From Ranitomeya imitator (Eukaryota), in the NCBI RefSeq assembly GCF_032444005.1, contig NC_091287.1, forward strand, positions 575,608,001-575,672,000: a stretch of 64,000 nucleotides of DNA. The letters are read 5' to 3'. Every line of letters begins with the position of its first letter. The stretch's first letter is position 1. The notes under the pieces are model-generated. The model was not told the origin of the DNA. It worked only from the letters and a program-made list of their open reading frames with translations, and made no database searches. Made by a program: the position numbers and the translations under genes. Below, piece after piece: positions 12,501 to 27,500 of the stretch.

Positions 12501-15500
12501 GCTGTTACATCTTGTATTTCATTTGATGCTCCACCAAGTCTGGTCAAGGGTTGTGACACCCTACGATGAACGGTCTGGAGTTGTGACGCCCCAATGAGGT
12601 CTGGTACGGGATTGGACACCCCACGAGGTCTCATCCGGAGTTGTGACGCCTTCACGAGGTCTCGTCAGGGGTTGATGCCACACAAGGTCTGGTCAGGGGT
12701 TGTGGCACCCTACAAGGTCTGGTCAGGGGTTGTGGCATCCCATGAGGTACGGTCTGGGGTACTGATGCCCTCCGAGTTCTGGTCAGGGGTTGTGAAACCC
12801 CACGAGGTCTGGTGAGGGATTGTGATGCCCCCCACGAGGTCTGGTCAGGGGTTGTGATGCCCCCACTAGGTCAGGTAAGGGGTTAGGATGCCCCCACTAG
12901 GTCTGGTCAAGGGTTGTGATGCCCCCACAAAGTTTGGACAGGGATTGTGACACCCCACAAGGTCTGGTCTGAGGTGGTGGGGACCCACAAGGTTTGGTCA
13001 GGGGTTGTGATGCCTTCAAAAGGTCTGGTAAAGGGTTGTGATGCTCCCACGAGGTCCAGTCTGGGGTTGTGGCATCCCTTGAGGTCTTGTTCCGGGTACT
13101 GACGCCCTATGAGGTCCGGTCTGGGGTACTGTTGCCCTGAGAGGTCTGGTCAGGGATTGTGACACCCCACGAGGTCTAATAAAGGGTTGTAACGCTCCCA
13201 CGAGGTCCAGTCTGGGGTTGTGATGCCCCCATGAGGTCCAGTCTGGGGTTGTGAAGCCCCCACGAGGTCCAGTCTGGGGTTGTGATGCCCCAGCGAGGTT
13301 CAATCTGGGGTTGTGATGCCCCCACGAGGTCCAACCTGGGGTTGTGAAGCCCCCACGAGGTCCAGTCTGGGGTTGTGAAGCCCCCCCCGAGGTCCAGTCT
13401 GGGGTTGTGAAGCCCCCACGAGGGCCAGCCTGGGGTTGTGAAACCCCCACGAGGTCCAGTCTGGGGTTGTGAAGCCCCCACAAGGTCCAGTCTGGGCTTG
13501 TGAAGCCCCCAGGAGGGCCAGCCTGGGGTTGTGAAACCCCCACAAGGTCCAGTCTGGGGTTGTGAAACACCCACGCGGTCCAGTCTGAGGTTGTGAAGCC
13601 CCCACGAGGTCCAGCCGGGGGTTGTAAAGCCCCCACGAGGTCCAGTCTGGGGTTGTGAAGCACCCACGAGGTCCAGTCTGGGGTTGTGAAGTTCCCCACA
13701 AGGTCCAGTCTGGGGTTGTGAAACCCCCACGAAGTCCAGTCTGGGGTTGTGAAGCCCCCACGAGGTCCAGTCTGGGGTTGTGAAGCCCCCAGGAGGGCCA
13801 GCCTGGGGTTTGTGAAACCCCCACGAGGTCCAGTCTGGGGTTGTGAAGCCCCCACAAGGTCCAGCCTGGGGTTGTAAAGCCCCCACGAGGTCCAGTCTGG
13901 GGTTGTGAAGCCCCCACGAGGTCCAGTCTGGGGTTGTGAAGCCCCCACGAGGTCCAGTCTGGGGTTGTGAAGCCCCCACGAGGTCCAGTCTGGGGTTGTG
14001 AAGCCCCCAGGAGGGCCAGCCTGGGGTTTGTGAAACCCCCACGAGGTCCAGTCTGGGGTTGTGAAGCCCCCACAAGGTCCAGCCTGGGGTTGTAAAGCCC
14101 CCACGAGGTCCAGTCTGGGGTTGTGAAGCCCCACGAGGTCCATTCTGGGGTTGTGAAGCCCCCACGAGGTCCAGTCTGGGGTTGTGAAGCCCTCACGAGG
14201 TCCAGTCTGGAGTTATGAAGCCCCATGTTCCTGTGATTGGGGCTACAGAATTCTTTGGCCACAGGTGGATCCGTCCTTTTGTTGTGTGGCGATGAGAATT
14301 AATCCTTGTTCTAAGCTTTTGTCCTGTCCCCCCACATACAGCCCCCCAGCCGGACATTTGGTGCATATAATTTAGTACACACCATTGGATTTCGCTTTCC
14401 ACAGAGCAGAGAGGTGAAATGTACTAAGTTTTATTCTCGGATTTTCCTTTTGATATTTCTGATGGAGAAGCCCCATGCGCTGTCGGCTGGAGGACCGTCC
14501 GTTATAGTGGACTCACCAGTACGGCCTCGGAGGCTCCGCAGCACACTATGATATTTCGGGGGTCGCTGGGGACACCATTATCTCTCCTCATCATGAAGTT
14601 GGCGATCTTGTGTGGCAGCGTCTGAGTGATGTATCTCGGGTTATAGCTGCCTGTGGATACAGCCAGACCTGGTCAGACTCATGGATCCCATTCTCATGCC
14701 TCCCTGATCCCCCGATCCCTTTGATCTGCTCCCACACTCACCCACAGATCCACTATCCAGGTTCTTCAGGATTTCCCGGGCTCTGGTCTTGGTGTCTTCT
14801 GGGAAGTGATCACTTTCCAGCAGGTCTGGGTAGGTGCACAATGCAGCCACCTGGAGGAACATCCGAAAACTGGGAATAAAGTCGCAGATCATAAACCATG
14901 AAAGATCTCTGCTTGTTGTCAGTGAATAGAGCCCCGGTGTATGTCTTCCTGCACATCATGTGGGCGTCTTACAATAGACCCAATGTAGAGCTGTAGGATC
15001 CATCATCAGCACCATCGGGGGTAGGTCTATAACCAGGTACAGCAACAGACCCAAAGTCAGAGACATCCGATGACTGCCAGCTCATAACCAGAGCCAGCTC
15101 CACTGATCAGCAGCGGTCTGATGTACTGGGCGCCGCTGATCCTCCGCCCATCCTCCACCCATCCATCTGAGGTGGGCTCAGACATGACGCCATCTCTGCT
15201 GGACTCGCACTCACCTGCCTGAAGAAGGTGCATGGCTTATACCCCATCATCTGCATGTCCCCAAAGAAGCAGGGGGTGACCGTGGAGAATGGTTTGTGGA
15301 TCCCCTGCAGCAGAGAATGATGGGAGTTATAGAAGACAAAATGAGGAAACAAGAGGGAGAATAAGATGAACAATCGAGCCGAGGGGCCATGTATAAAGCA
15401 GCGGGAGACCACATGGAGGACAATGGACATACGCGGGGCTCCCCTCTGGCCAGACATAGTGGGAAGGTTACATCTCTGAAGGTTATGGGCACTAATAGTG

Positions 15501-18500
15501 TTGTCAAACCCCCCGAGGAGCCAACTGGGGTCAAGTGATCCTACAACGGGGAACAAACTGGATTTTTTTACCTTTAAAGGGGTTGTCTGAGACTTTAACA
15601 TTGATGGCCTGCCCTACTCACTCTCGAGGCCCCCACCGATCAGCTGCTCCCGCTGCCCCCATCGATCAGCTGCTCCCGGTGTCCCCGTTGATCAGCTGCT
15701 CCCGCTGCCGGCGGCAGACAGAACTGCTCAGTTATAGAGCTGCACTGCACAGCTCCATCTACAGAATGGTGGCCGCGGTCAGGTACTGCACATCCACCCC
15801 CTAAACCGGATATGACGCGAGATCGGCGTTTCACGTGAACGGGAAAATATGTGTTGGGAAAATGGCCGAAGTGATGGCCTCCACGTGAGAGGACACTGTG
15901 CTGCATCCCCTGATGGATCCCAGAGGAGGAAACGTCCTGGGAACACCGGGAGAGCACAAGCACCGGTGCGGGCCACTGTCAGGTCCAGCATTTTATTACT
16001 GTCAAGGATACACAGCTGGGGGGCTGCACAAAACCCACCACTGTCATCAGTTATCAAGATAGCACAACTCCACTGCCATCAATCGTCAGGACAATTACAC
16101 AACTGACTGACGAAAGATGGACGAGGCCGGGGCTGCTCCCAATACTAGGCCGGATATTGGGGGCTCACAGTGAGCGTATGGTATATACAGCTCTGAATCC
16201 AACACATGGAATATATATACAATACAGACCATAAGTTTGGACACACCTTCTCATTTAAAGATTTTTCTGTATTTTCATGACTATGAAAATTGTACATTCA
16301 CACTGAAGGCATCAAAACTATGAATTAACACATGTGGAATTATAGACTTAACAAAAAAGTGTGAAACAACTGAAATTATGTCTTATATTCTAGGTTCTTC
16401 ACAGTAGCCACCTTTTGCTTTGATGACTGCTTTGCACACTCTTGACATTCTCTTGATGAGCTTCAAGAGGTAGTCACCGGGAATGGTCTTCCAACAGTCT
16501 TGAAGGAGTTCCCATGATGCTTAGCACTTGTTGGACCTTTTGCCTTCACTCTGCGGTCCAGCTCACCCCAAACCATCTCGATTGGGTTCAGGTCTGGTGA
16601 CTGTGGAGGCCAGGTCATCTGGTGCAGCCCCCCATCACTCTCCTTCTTGGTCAAATAGCCCTTACACAGCCTGGAGGTGTTTGGGGTCATTGTCCTGTTG
16701 GAAAATAAATGATGGTCCAACTAAACGCAAACCGGATGTAATAGCATGCCGCTGCAAGATGTTGTGGTAGCCATGCTGGTTCAGTATGCCTTCAATTTTG
16801 AATAAATCCCCAACAGTGTCACCAGCAAAGCCCCCCCACACCATCACACCTCCTCCTCCATGCTTCACGGTGGGAACCAGGCATGTAGAGTCCATCCGTT
16901 CACCTTTTCTGCGTCGCACAAAGACACAGTGGTTGGAACCAAAGATCTCAAATTTGGACTCATCAGACCAAAGCACAGATTTCCACTGGTCTAATGTCCA
17001 TTCCTTGTGTTCTTTAGCCCAAACAAGTCTCTTCTGCTTGTTGCCTGTCCTTAGCAGTGGTTTCCTAGCAGCTATTTTACCATGAAGGACTGCTGCACAA
17101 AGTCTCCTCTTAACAGTTGTTGTAGAGATGTGTCTGCTGCTAGATCTCTGTGTGGCATTGACCTCGTCTCTTATCTGAGCTGCTGTTACCCTGCGATTTC
17201 TGAGGCTGGTGACTCGGATAAACTTATCCTCAGAAGCAGAGGTGACTCTTGGTCTTCCTTTCCTGGGGCGGTCCTCATGTGAGCCAGTTTCTTTGTAGCA
17301 CTTGATGGTTTTTGCCACTGCACTTGGGGACACTTTCAAAGTTTTCCCAATTTTTCGGACTGACTGACCTTCATTTCTTAAAGTAATGATGGCCACTCGT
17401 TTTTCATAACTGAGCTGCTTTTTTCTTGCCATAATACAAATTCGAACAGTCTATTCAGTAGGACTATCAGCTGTGTATCCACCAGACTTCTGCTCAACAC
17501 AACTGATGGTCCCAACCCCATTTATAAGGCAAGAAATCCCACTTATTAAACCTGACAGGGCACACCTGTGAAGTTAAAACCATTCCCGGTGACTACCTCT
17601 TGAAGCTCATCAAGAGAATGCCAAGAGTGTGCAAGAAAAATATTTAGAATTGAGAGTCCTCAGTGGTTGATACCTTTTAATGGTTAACTGAAAAGATGGT
17701 AACAAATTGCAGCTTTCGAGACTACATACGTCTCTTCATCAGGCAAAGACTAAAACAAATTCTGAAGAATCACATATTTATGCACAACATGGCATAGAAA
17801 TAAAAAGGGAAAAACCATGGATAAGACAGGTGACATGAAGCAGAATTACCATGAGTGATAAACAGTTATGTCCATAAATATTGGGCCAATTCTTAGATAA
17901 GGATTGTTTTATTGTCCTCTGATTAGGGTCTCTGTTGTGATGACCCCACATGGTCTGATGGGCAAGTTCCTTAGTTGATGTAAAAAGACATAAATCCATG
18001 TGACACATTCATTCCTGCATTAAGAGTGTCAGAGGTCGTCATCAGTTTATATTCCCAGACTCTTCTGTCTCTCTGAGATTTGAAGCTACCTTTTAACACA
18101 AGTAATTTCATGTCCATAATGTTATGATTTGGGAGACAGAAATGTATTGCCACAGGTAGATCCATTCTTTTTTCTCTTATTGTGTGGCGATGTGAGTTCA
18201 TCCTTGTTCTCAGTTTCTGCCCTGTCTCCCCCACATACAGACCCCCAGTTGGACATTTAGTACAAATAATTAAGTACACCACATTAGAAGTGACGCAGCT
18301 GAAAGTACCTGGGATCTTGTAGTCCTGATGTGAATTGGGGATCTTTATCTTGTCCGTGATCATTATAAATGGACGGGTTTTACATTTTTTCTGGTTGCAA
18401 GGAAAGGTACCTGCAGCTGTTGGAGAGGACAGGGAGCTCTTGACAATGATGCTTCTTAGATTTTGGGGGCTGCCTAAAACACAGTAGTGGTGGGGGGTCT

Positions 18501-21500
18501 GCAAAAATGGATTGTAAGGGGCATCTTTTTGCAGTAAAGGTTGTAATTTCCGTGCAGCTCCCCTCAGCACCTCCAGATTTGGATTGTAGGTAACTACTAG
18601 AGGTCCCGGTTATTTTCTTCTTTAGCTTTGTAATGTAGCAGGTGATTCCTTGATATTCTGGTGGCTCTTGTAATCTGGTTTTCAATTGTTCTTGGATGGT
18701 CGCCCTGATTCAAAAAGGTCTTTCTGGGGTGACCAAGTTGTTCATCCCTATCCATTGGGTTAAAACATATGCGATTGTATCTGATGGCTTGGCTGTAGAC
18801 AATGGAGTTTTTTATGTGTTTTGGATGGAAACTGTCCCATTTAAGGTATGTTGGACGGTCGATTGGCTTCTGATACAGGGATGTCTCTATTTTATTGTTC
18901 TGCAGCTTAATGATGGTGTCCAAAAAGTTAATTTCAGTGCAGGAGTAGTTGAGTGTGAAGTTGATGGTGGGATGAAATTGATTAAACTGTTCATGGAACG
19001 TCTTTAGCTGTGGCTCAGACTCCGTCCAGATGGTTAAAATGTCATCAATGTAGCGGTAGTACGCTAGAGGCCTGATGGGACATGAGGACAGAAAGTCGCT
19101 TTCAAGCTTGGCCATGAAAAGATTTGCATACTGTGGGGCCTGTAACATGGTCTACTGTGCTGTAGTACCTCTTTCAGCACCCCCCGTGTTTCAGGAGGTC
19201 CATTCTGCTTTTGCTGGATTCTGAATGAAGGACGCTGGCTAGGATTTCTTGATTACATGGGAGCATATAAAAGCTGACTGCTACTCCAGGTATTTCCAGT
19301 CTAAAAGAACACACTTTATTTTCAGCAGAATATATAACACAGATACACAGGGCAGGCCAATAGGAAGACAGCTGGCCAGACATACATTACAATAGCTGCA
19401 GGGGGCCGGAGCCTGCTGGTATTTACTGTGGGAATTACAAAGGTGGGGGAGGTCAGAAAGAGAATATCTTGTCCAGGGGTGCAGCCTGTGGACTGATGCA
19501 TTTCACATGGAAACTATTATACATACATATACTGCACAACATTCTGGGGGTTCTGTAACACAGCTCCCCTTTTCAGCGACGCGATCGGCATACACAGTCT
19601 GATCCTTAACGGATCGGTTTGGGGATGACCGAAGTTTATGGGGTTGGTACAAGTTCCGTTTGTCGACTTAGTCCATCGGCATTACCGTTTTGTTTGCCGG
19701 GTCTGTAGTGGATGGTGAAGTTCAGAGGTTGTAGGGCTAAACTCCACCGCAGTAATCTGGCGTTGTCTCCGGAGACCCGATTAAGCCAGACTAGGGGATT
19801 ATGGTCCGTTAGGAGGGAAAACTGTCGTCCATACAAATATGGTTGTAACTTTTTGAGTGCCCATACTATTGCCAGGCACTCCTTCTCGATAGCCGCATAG
19901 CTTACTTCACGGGGCAGTAGTTTCCGACTCAGGTAAGCTACCGGGTGTTCTTGGCCGTCCGGCCCGACTTGGCTTAGTACTGCCCCCAATCCAAACATAG
20001 AAGCGTCTGTGTGAACAAGGAAATGTTTAGTTGGATCGGGTGCGGCCAATACAGGGGTATTGGTGAGGGCGTCCTTTAGTTGGCGGATGGCTTCCTCACA
20101 CTCTGGGGTCCAGGTTACCTGGCGGGGTTGGTTCTTACGGGTCAGATCAGTGAGGGGCTTGGCTACGCTGCTGTAATTGGGAACGAATTTCCTGTAATAC
20201 CCCGCTGTCCCTAGAAACGCCATGACCTGGGTTTTAGTGCGTGGGGTGGGCCATTTGGCTATGGCCTCAATCTTGGCTGGTTCTGGTCTCTGTTTCCCAC
20301 TTCCCACCCAATGCCCTAAATACTGAACCTCTGCTTTGCCCACGTGACACTTGTCTGAGTTCAGGGTGATTCCGGCCTTGTGGATCCTGTCCAATACTGT
20401 CTCTAGGTGATTTAGATGCTCTTCCCATGTCACGCTGTAGATGGCTATGTCATCCAGGTAGGCAAACGCATAGTCCTGGAGACCATCCAGAAGCCGGTCA
20501 GCCAGCCTCTGGAAGGTCGCCGGGGCAGTCTTCATCCCGAATGGCATAACTCGAAACTGGAATAAACCGAACGGGGTGACAAATGCCGACATGGGAATAG
20601 CCAGTAGCCTTTGCATAGATCGATGGTGGTCAAATACTTTGCCCCCGCCAGCCGGTCTAACAACTCATCCACATGCGGCATGGGATACGCATCCGTCACT
20701 GTTTTCTCATTGAGCTTACGATAGTCTACACAAAAGCGTGTAGTCCCATCCTTCTTGGGTACTAACACTATGGGGGATGCCCAGGGACTATCTGACGCTT
20801 CAATGACCCCTAAACGCAACATCTCTTGTACCTCTTGTCGCATCCCTTCTCATACAGACTCAGGGACGCGGAAGGGGGGTTGTCGCAGGGGGGTCTGATT
20901 CTGGGTCTCAACCTTGTGTTGTGCCAGGTGAGTGTACCCCGAAAACATCCTCTGTCGCTGCCTCAACAACTCCTCCGCCTGCTGTCTCTCCCGGGGGCCT
21001 AGGTCTTCACCCCAGTGTACCTGGTCCCATGTTTTAGACTGAGTCCTCTCCCCTAAGACATCCGGCAAGGGAAGTCCGGCTGAATCCTCTGCTTCAGGTG
21101 CACAGATGGCCACTACCTCTTCAGGGCGCTCCCGGTAGGGCTTCAGCATATTTACGCGGAACATGTGGATAACCCTGGGGTCGTCACAATTGGCGACATT
21201 ACAGGTGGTGTCGGCTATTTTCCCCACTACCTGGTAGGGCCCCTGCCATGCAGCTTGGAACTTGTTCTGCCTAGTGAGCTCTAACACCAGGACCTTCTGC
21301 CCTATTTCCAAGGTGCGCTCTCTTGCCCTCCGATCGTACCATACGCGCTGGCGCCGCTGGGCCACCTGCATGTTCTCACGTACAGCCTGCGTCAGCTCCT
21401 GTAGGCAGTCCCGGAATTCCAGCACATAGGGTACAATAGGTACCCCTTCTATGATGCCCTCCCCTTCCCAGTGTTCTAGCACTAAGTCTAGGGATCCCCT

Positions 21501-24500
21501 TACCCGTCTCCCGTATACCAGTTTGACTGGGGACAACCCCGTGGATTCTTGGGGCACCTCCCGATAGGCAAACAGGAGGTGAGGCAAGAATTTCTCCCAG
21601 TCCCTGTAGGTCCTGGTAAAAGTCCCAATGAGTTGTTTTAACGTCCCTTTAAAGCGTTCACACAACCCATTGGTTTGCGGGTGGTACGGGGCGCTTCTAA
21701 TGGACTTTACGCCGCACAGCTTCCACAGTTGGTTGGTCACCTCTGCTGTAAACTGGGTACCCTGGTCTGAGATAATCTCCCAGGGAAATCCAAACTGTGA
21801 GAACCTGGAGCAGGGCAGCCGCCACCGTCTCTGCCAGTATGTTAGGTAACGCAACCGCCTCTGGATACCGTGTGGCATAATCTACCACTGTCAATATATA
21901 CCTTTTCCCTGACGGACTGGGTTTGGCTAACGGCCCTATCAGATCGACCGCTGCTCGGCTAAATGGTTCCTCCACAATGGGGAGAGGGCGTAATTTGGCC
22001 GTGCATCAATCTCCCCTCTTGCCAATGCGCTGGCAACTGTCACAGGTCTGGCAGTATTGATGGACATCATAGGTTACCCCTGGCCAAAAGAAGTTTTGTG
22101 TCAGACGATGCCTGGTGCGACTGACACCGAAGTGCCTGGCCAAGGGTATGTCATGAGAGATTCGCAGTAACTCCTGCCTATACTTCTTGGGAGCTACCAG
22201 CTGTCGTTTTATAGTGGGGCTCGTCCCTGTGTGGTGCTGCTCTGTGATCCGGTAGAGGAGTCCCTGCTTCCATACAAACTGTTCCCCTTCCAGTACCCCT
22301 CTCCCCTCCTGTGCCTTCCCACGATATCCCTCCAATGAAGGATCCTCAAGTAACTCCCTCTTAAATTCATCTGGGGTGGCCCAAGAAATGTGTCTGGCTA
22401 TGGGAATACGTGTAGGGCTGGGATGTCTTACCTGGGCCTCCTCTGAGTGCGATTCCGCCTCCGCAGCTCGAGCTTGTCTCCGGGTGGTCACAGGATATGT
22501 CTCAGCCAGAGGGGCATCCGAGAAGGCAGACAACATGGGCCCCAAGTCATTTCCCAGCAAAACGTCTGCAGGCAAATCCTCCATCAAGCCGACCTTAACA
22601 AGGCCATCCCCAACTCCCCAGTTCAGGTGAATCCTGGCAGTGGGCAGTCGATGTATAGCTCCCCCTGCTACACGGACTGCCACTGTCCGGTCCGTCTTCT
22701 CTTGGTCCCGGACGAGATGAGGCTTCACAAGGGTCAAAGTTGCTCCGGAATCTCTTAGTCCCTGCATGCGTTTCCCATTAACCCACACGACCTGTCGATG
22801 CTGTTGTCGATTATCTGCCCGGGCTGCCTGCACGGGGTCTACTTCATGCAGCACTTCCTCCATCTCTTCCACCCCTTGGTTAGTTGTAGTCCCCAATGCC
22901 GGGTCAGCTTCACCTTGGTAGCAGTGTACAGCGGCCCGGTGGAAGGTAGCTGTTCCCGCCTTTGGCCACTGGGTATGCTGAGTCCGGTTGGGACATTGTC
23001 TTTGCAGGTGGCCCATCTGATGGCAGGTGTGGCATCGCGCCCCAGGGAAACTGTGGTAGGCCGGGTTTCTAGCTGGTCCCCCTACAATCTTCGGTGGTTT
23101 GGGGCCCTCCAGGTCCATGGGCGGACCCCTAGTGACCATCTTTGATCCGGACAACTGAGGCCTCCTGGCGTCATGATGTTCATCGGCCAGACGAGCGGCT
23201 TCCTCAAGAGTCGTTGGCCGCCTGTCCCAAAGCCATTCCTGTGTCTGGGGGTTAGTCCATTAAAGAATCGTTCTAACAAGAAGAGCTGGAGGATGTCCTC
23301 CTTAGTGGTTGCTTGGCTCCCTTGTACCCACTGTAGCAGTGACCGCCATAATTTACAGGCCCATTCAGTGTGGGTATCGGTTACTCGTTTTATAAGTCCA
23401 CGGAACTTTTGGCGGTATGCCTCTGGTGTCAGCGCATACCGGGCCAAGATCACTTCTTTGATCCGCTCATAGTCCATACAGTCCTCATCAGGTACCGTGC
23501 GATAGGCGTCCGCTGCCCAGCCTGTCAGCTTGCTGGCCAGAATCTGAACCCGTTCCTCCGGCTTCACTTGATGAAGGGCACACTGCCGCTCAAAGTCCTG
23601 CAGAAAGCCATCAATGTCTTCCTCTGCCTCCCCCAACTGTCGGAAGGCATTAGACTAGATCTTTTTGTGGCTTACTGGTGAAGATACCTGTGCGGAGGTT
23701 AGAGCTCCCCCTGCTCGCTGACTCTCCTCTCTCCGCTCTGCCATCTCCATCTTGGCCAGCTCCACTTTGGTCCGCTCTGCCATCTCCATATTGGTTAGCC
23801 CTATACTGGTCCGCTCGGCCATCTTTTCCTTCAGATCAGTACGCACATCAGCCATCACCTCTCGTATGATCTCTACTGCAGGGTTTGGGCCATAGAACGC
23901 CAGTCTGTTCTTTACCTCCCTCTGGAATTCAGTCTCCTCCACGTTCACATTGGGGGGCGCTGCACGGTCGTGTTCCATGATGGCTGCTATCAAATCCGCT
24001 TTTGTTTTGTTGCTGGCAATTAACCCTCGGGCTTCCACCAGATCTTTTAATGTAGTCCTCTTTAACTTCTGGTAGTTGTCTTCCATTCATTCCTTTCCTC
24101 CTGTAGAAGGGGTATCACATCCCGCTGTCTGCCACCAGTGTAACGGGGTCTACTGTGCTGTAGTACCTCTTTCAGCACCCCCCGTGTTTCAGGAGGTCCA
24201 TTCTGCTTTTGCTGGATTCTGAATGAAGGACGCTGGCTAGGATTTCTTGATTACATGGGAGCATATAAAAGCTGACTGCTACTCCAGGTATTTCCAGTCT
24301 AAAAGAACACACTTTATTTTCAGCACACAGAATATATAACACAGATACACAGGACAGGCCAATAGGAAAACAGCTGGCCAGACATACATTACAATAGCCG
24401 CAGGGGGGCGGAGCCTGCTGATATTTACTGTGGGAATTACAAAGGTGGGGGAGGTCAGAAAGAGAATATCTTGTCCAGGGGCGCAGCCTGTGGACTGATG

Positions 24501-27500
24501 CATTTCACATGGAAACTATTACACATATATATACTGCATAACGTTCTTGGTGCTGGGGGGTTCTGTAACAGGGCCATTTTATTTCCCATCGCTGTGCCAG
24601 TCTCCTGTAGATAGATCATCCTGTCAAACTCAAAGTAATTGTGGGTGAGGATGAATTTTATAAGTTTCACCACAGAATTTTCATCAGTCCCTGCATTTTC
24701 CAGGAAGAATTTGCAGGCATTTAATCCATCCTGGTGTGGGATATTGGAGTACAAAGATTCCACATCCATGGTGGCCAGGATGGTTCCTTCTGGTAGAGGA
24801 CCTATTGCTGATAGTTTATTCAATAGGTCGGTTGTGTCCTGAATGAAGCTGGGTGTATCCTTTACCAGGGGTTTAAGAATACCCTCTACCCACCCAGATA
24901 CCTGCTCAGTAAGGGTGCCCACACATGAAATAATTGGTCTTCCTGGGTTTCCAGATTTGTGGATTTTGGGAAGCATGTAGAATGTCCCTGTTCTTGGACT
25001 TTCAGGTATCAGGTCATTGGTTCTTATGGATTCTTCGGGCAGACAAGATACCAACTTGTTTAGTTCCTTGTAATAATCCTGTGTAGGATCCGACTCCAAT
25101 TTTTTGTAGTAGCGTGTGTCCATAAGTTGTCTGCTTGTTTCCCTCATATAGTCTGATGTGTTCATTGTGTTAATTAGTTTCTCTTTCCCATGCTATAATT
25201 AATCCCAGATGTTCCACGTGTAGACCTATTTCAAAGGAAGTCGAAGTGTCAGCTCTTCCCCAGTTATAGGTAATTTTCCCAATTCTCCATTTGCGCCATG
25301 TGAGGGGGATGTGTCTTACGGGTTTTCATTTTCTATTTGTTTGTTTCACCATGGTGTGTTGTGGAGCCATCAATCCAACAGGACAGGATCCATTGGGTTA
25401 CTTACACTCCTTCCTTTTTTGACTATCTTTGTTTTAACCTTTCATCCTGTGCTGCTTAGTGACGTTAGAGATCCGGTGCCTAATATTCTGGTATGTGATC
25501 CAGGATCTTATATTGTGCAGAGATCCATTATGTTATGTTTAGTTAGGGAATGTGTTAGATCCTTTTAAATAAAATTGGATGATATCGGCAAACCACATGT
25601 AACTAAAAAACCAGCACATTTTGGCCACAAGCCTTGTTCACACCACCTTTGCCAAAATGCCTTTTTTCTTTTTAAAGGAACTAATAAATGTGAAGTGTTA
25701 TCTACTTTTTCATTCTCTTTTTGTATATTGGGTTGCAGCCCTGACCTGGGCGTCTCTGTGCGGTGACCCCTTATTGCGATCCAAGTCCTGCCAGGTCTGG
25801 TGAGCCGACCTCCCTTTACATTCCCCCCCCCTTTCTATATTATGTCATATTGTGGTGGAGATCCAGTATTATTATTATTATTATTATTTATTTATATACA
25901 TCATTGATTCCATGGTGCTGTACATGAGAAGGGGTTACATACAAGTTACAAATATCACATACAGTAAACAAACTAACAATGACGGACTGATACAGAGGGC
26001 GAGGACCCTGCCCTTGCGGGCTTACATTCTACAGGATTATGGGGAAGGAGACAGTAGGTTGAGGGTTGCAGGAGCTCCGGTGTTGGTGAGGCGGTAGCTC
26101 CGGTGTTGGTGAGGCGGTAGCTCCGGTGTTGGTGAGGCAGTAGCTCCGGTGTTGGTGAGGCGGTAGCTTCGGTAGTGGTGAGGAGGCAGCGGGGTCAGTG
26201 CAGGCTGTAGGCTTTCCTGAAGAGATGAGTTTTCAGGTTCCGTCTGAAGGATCCGACTGTGGTTGATAGTCGGACGTGTTGGGGCAGAGAGTTCCAGAGG
26301 ATGGGGGATATTCGGGAGAAGTCTTGGAGGCGATTGGATGAGGAGTGAATAAGTGTGGAGGAGAGGAGGTCTTGGGAGGACCGGAGATCACGTGAGGGAA
26401 GATATCGAGAGATTAGTTCAGAGATATATGGAGGAGACAGGTTGTGGATGGCTTTGTAGGTCAGTATTAGCAATTTGAACTGGATACGCTGAGGGAATGG
26501 GAGCCAGTGAAGAGATTTGCAGAGGGGGGAAGCGGAGGAGTAGCGAGGAGAGAGATGGATTAGTCGGGCAGCAGAGTTAAGGATGGACTGGAGAGGTGCA
26601 AGGGTGTTAGCAGGGAGGCCACAGAAAAGGATATTGCAGTAGTCAAGGCGGGAAATGATGAGGGCGTGCACAAGCATTTTAGTAGATTGGGGGTTGAGGA
26701 AAGGACGGATCCTGGAGATATTTTTGAGCTGGAGGCGACAGGAGGTGGAAAGAGCTTGGATGTGTGGTTTGAAGGACAGGGCAGAGTCGAAGGTTACTCC
26801 GAGGCAGCGGACTTCGGGTACAGGGGAAAGCATGATGTCATTGACTGCGATAGATAGGTCAAGTAAGGAAGATTTATGTGATGGAGTTAAGATGATGAGT
26901 TCAGATTAGTAACAGTATGAGTAACAGTATCTGTTATTTCATGGTTACTGGGGCTGAAAAGTGAAGGGGGTCCATCGAGTTCTCCCTTTCTCCACCAGTT
27001 ATGGTTAGATCATTTATTACCCAAACTGCCGTGTGTTGTGAGACGCCTCCAGGCCTCCAATGAATGCTGATATAGTGTCGACCATCACTACCTCTTGTGG
27101 TCGGGATTCCACAGCCTGACGGCTCTAACTTTCCTATTTAGATACTTGTTGTGAATTCTGTGGTCAAGCTCCCTCCTGTGGTCATGAGTGGTACTTCGGC
27201 TGGTTCTGTCCATGAGCTTCCTCTGGTGGATGTGAGTGGGGCTGCGGCTTCTGAGTTTCCTTCCTCAGGTGACGAGGTTAAGTCGTTAGGTGCTGCAATA
27301 TTTAACTCCACCTAGTTCTTTGTTCCTGGCCTCCAGTCAATATTCCAGTATTGGTCTTGCTCTCTCCTGGATCGTTTTTGTGACCTGTATTCCCTGCATA
27401 AGCAAAGTTCTGCTTGTGTTACTTTTGTTTTTGCTATTTTTTCTGTCCAGCTTGCTATATTGGTTTGTCTTGCTTGCTGGAAGCTCTGGGACGCAGAGGG

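Noticed and set aside
568-14225. CRISPR-like regular arrays
   Set aside because: Units are directly adjacent with no unique spacers, no cas genes, eukaryotic context
13016-14262. 320-375-aa ORFs in three minus frames
   Set aside because: Frame-cycling translations of the 31-bp array
25170-25835. Possible LTR ending CCTTTACA next to a C-run
   Set aside because: Orientation ambiguous (AATAAA on plus, PPT-like run on minus), no second terminus or TSD
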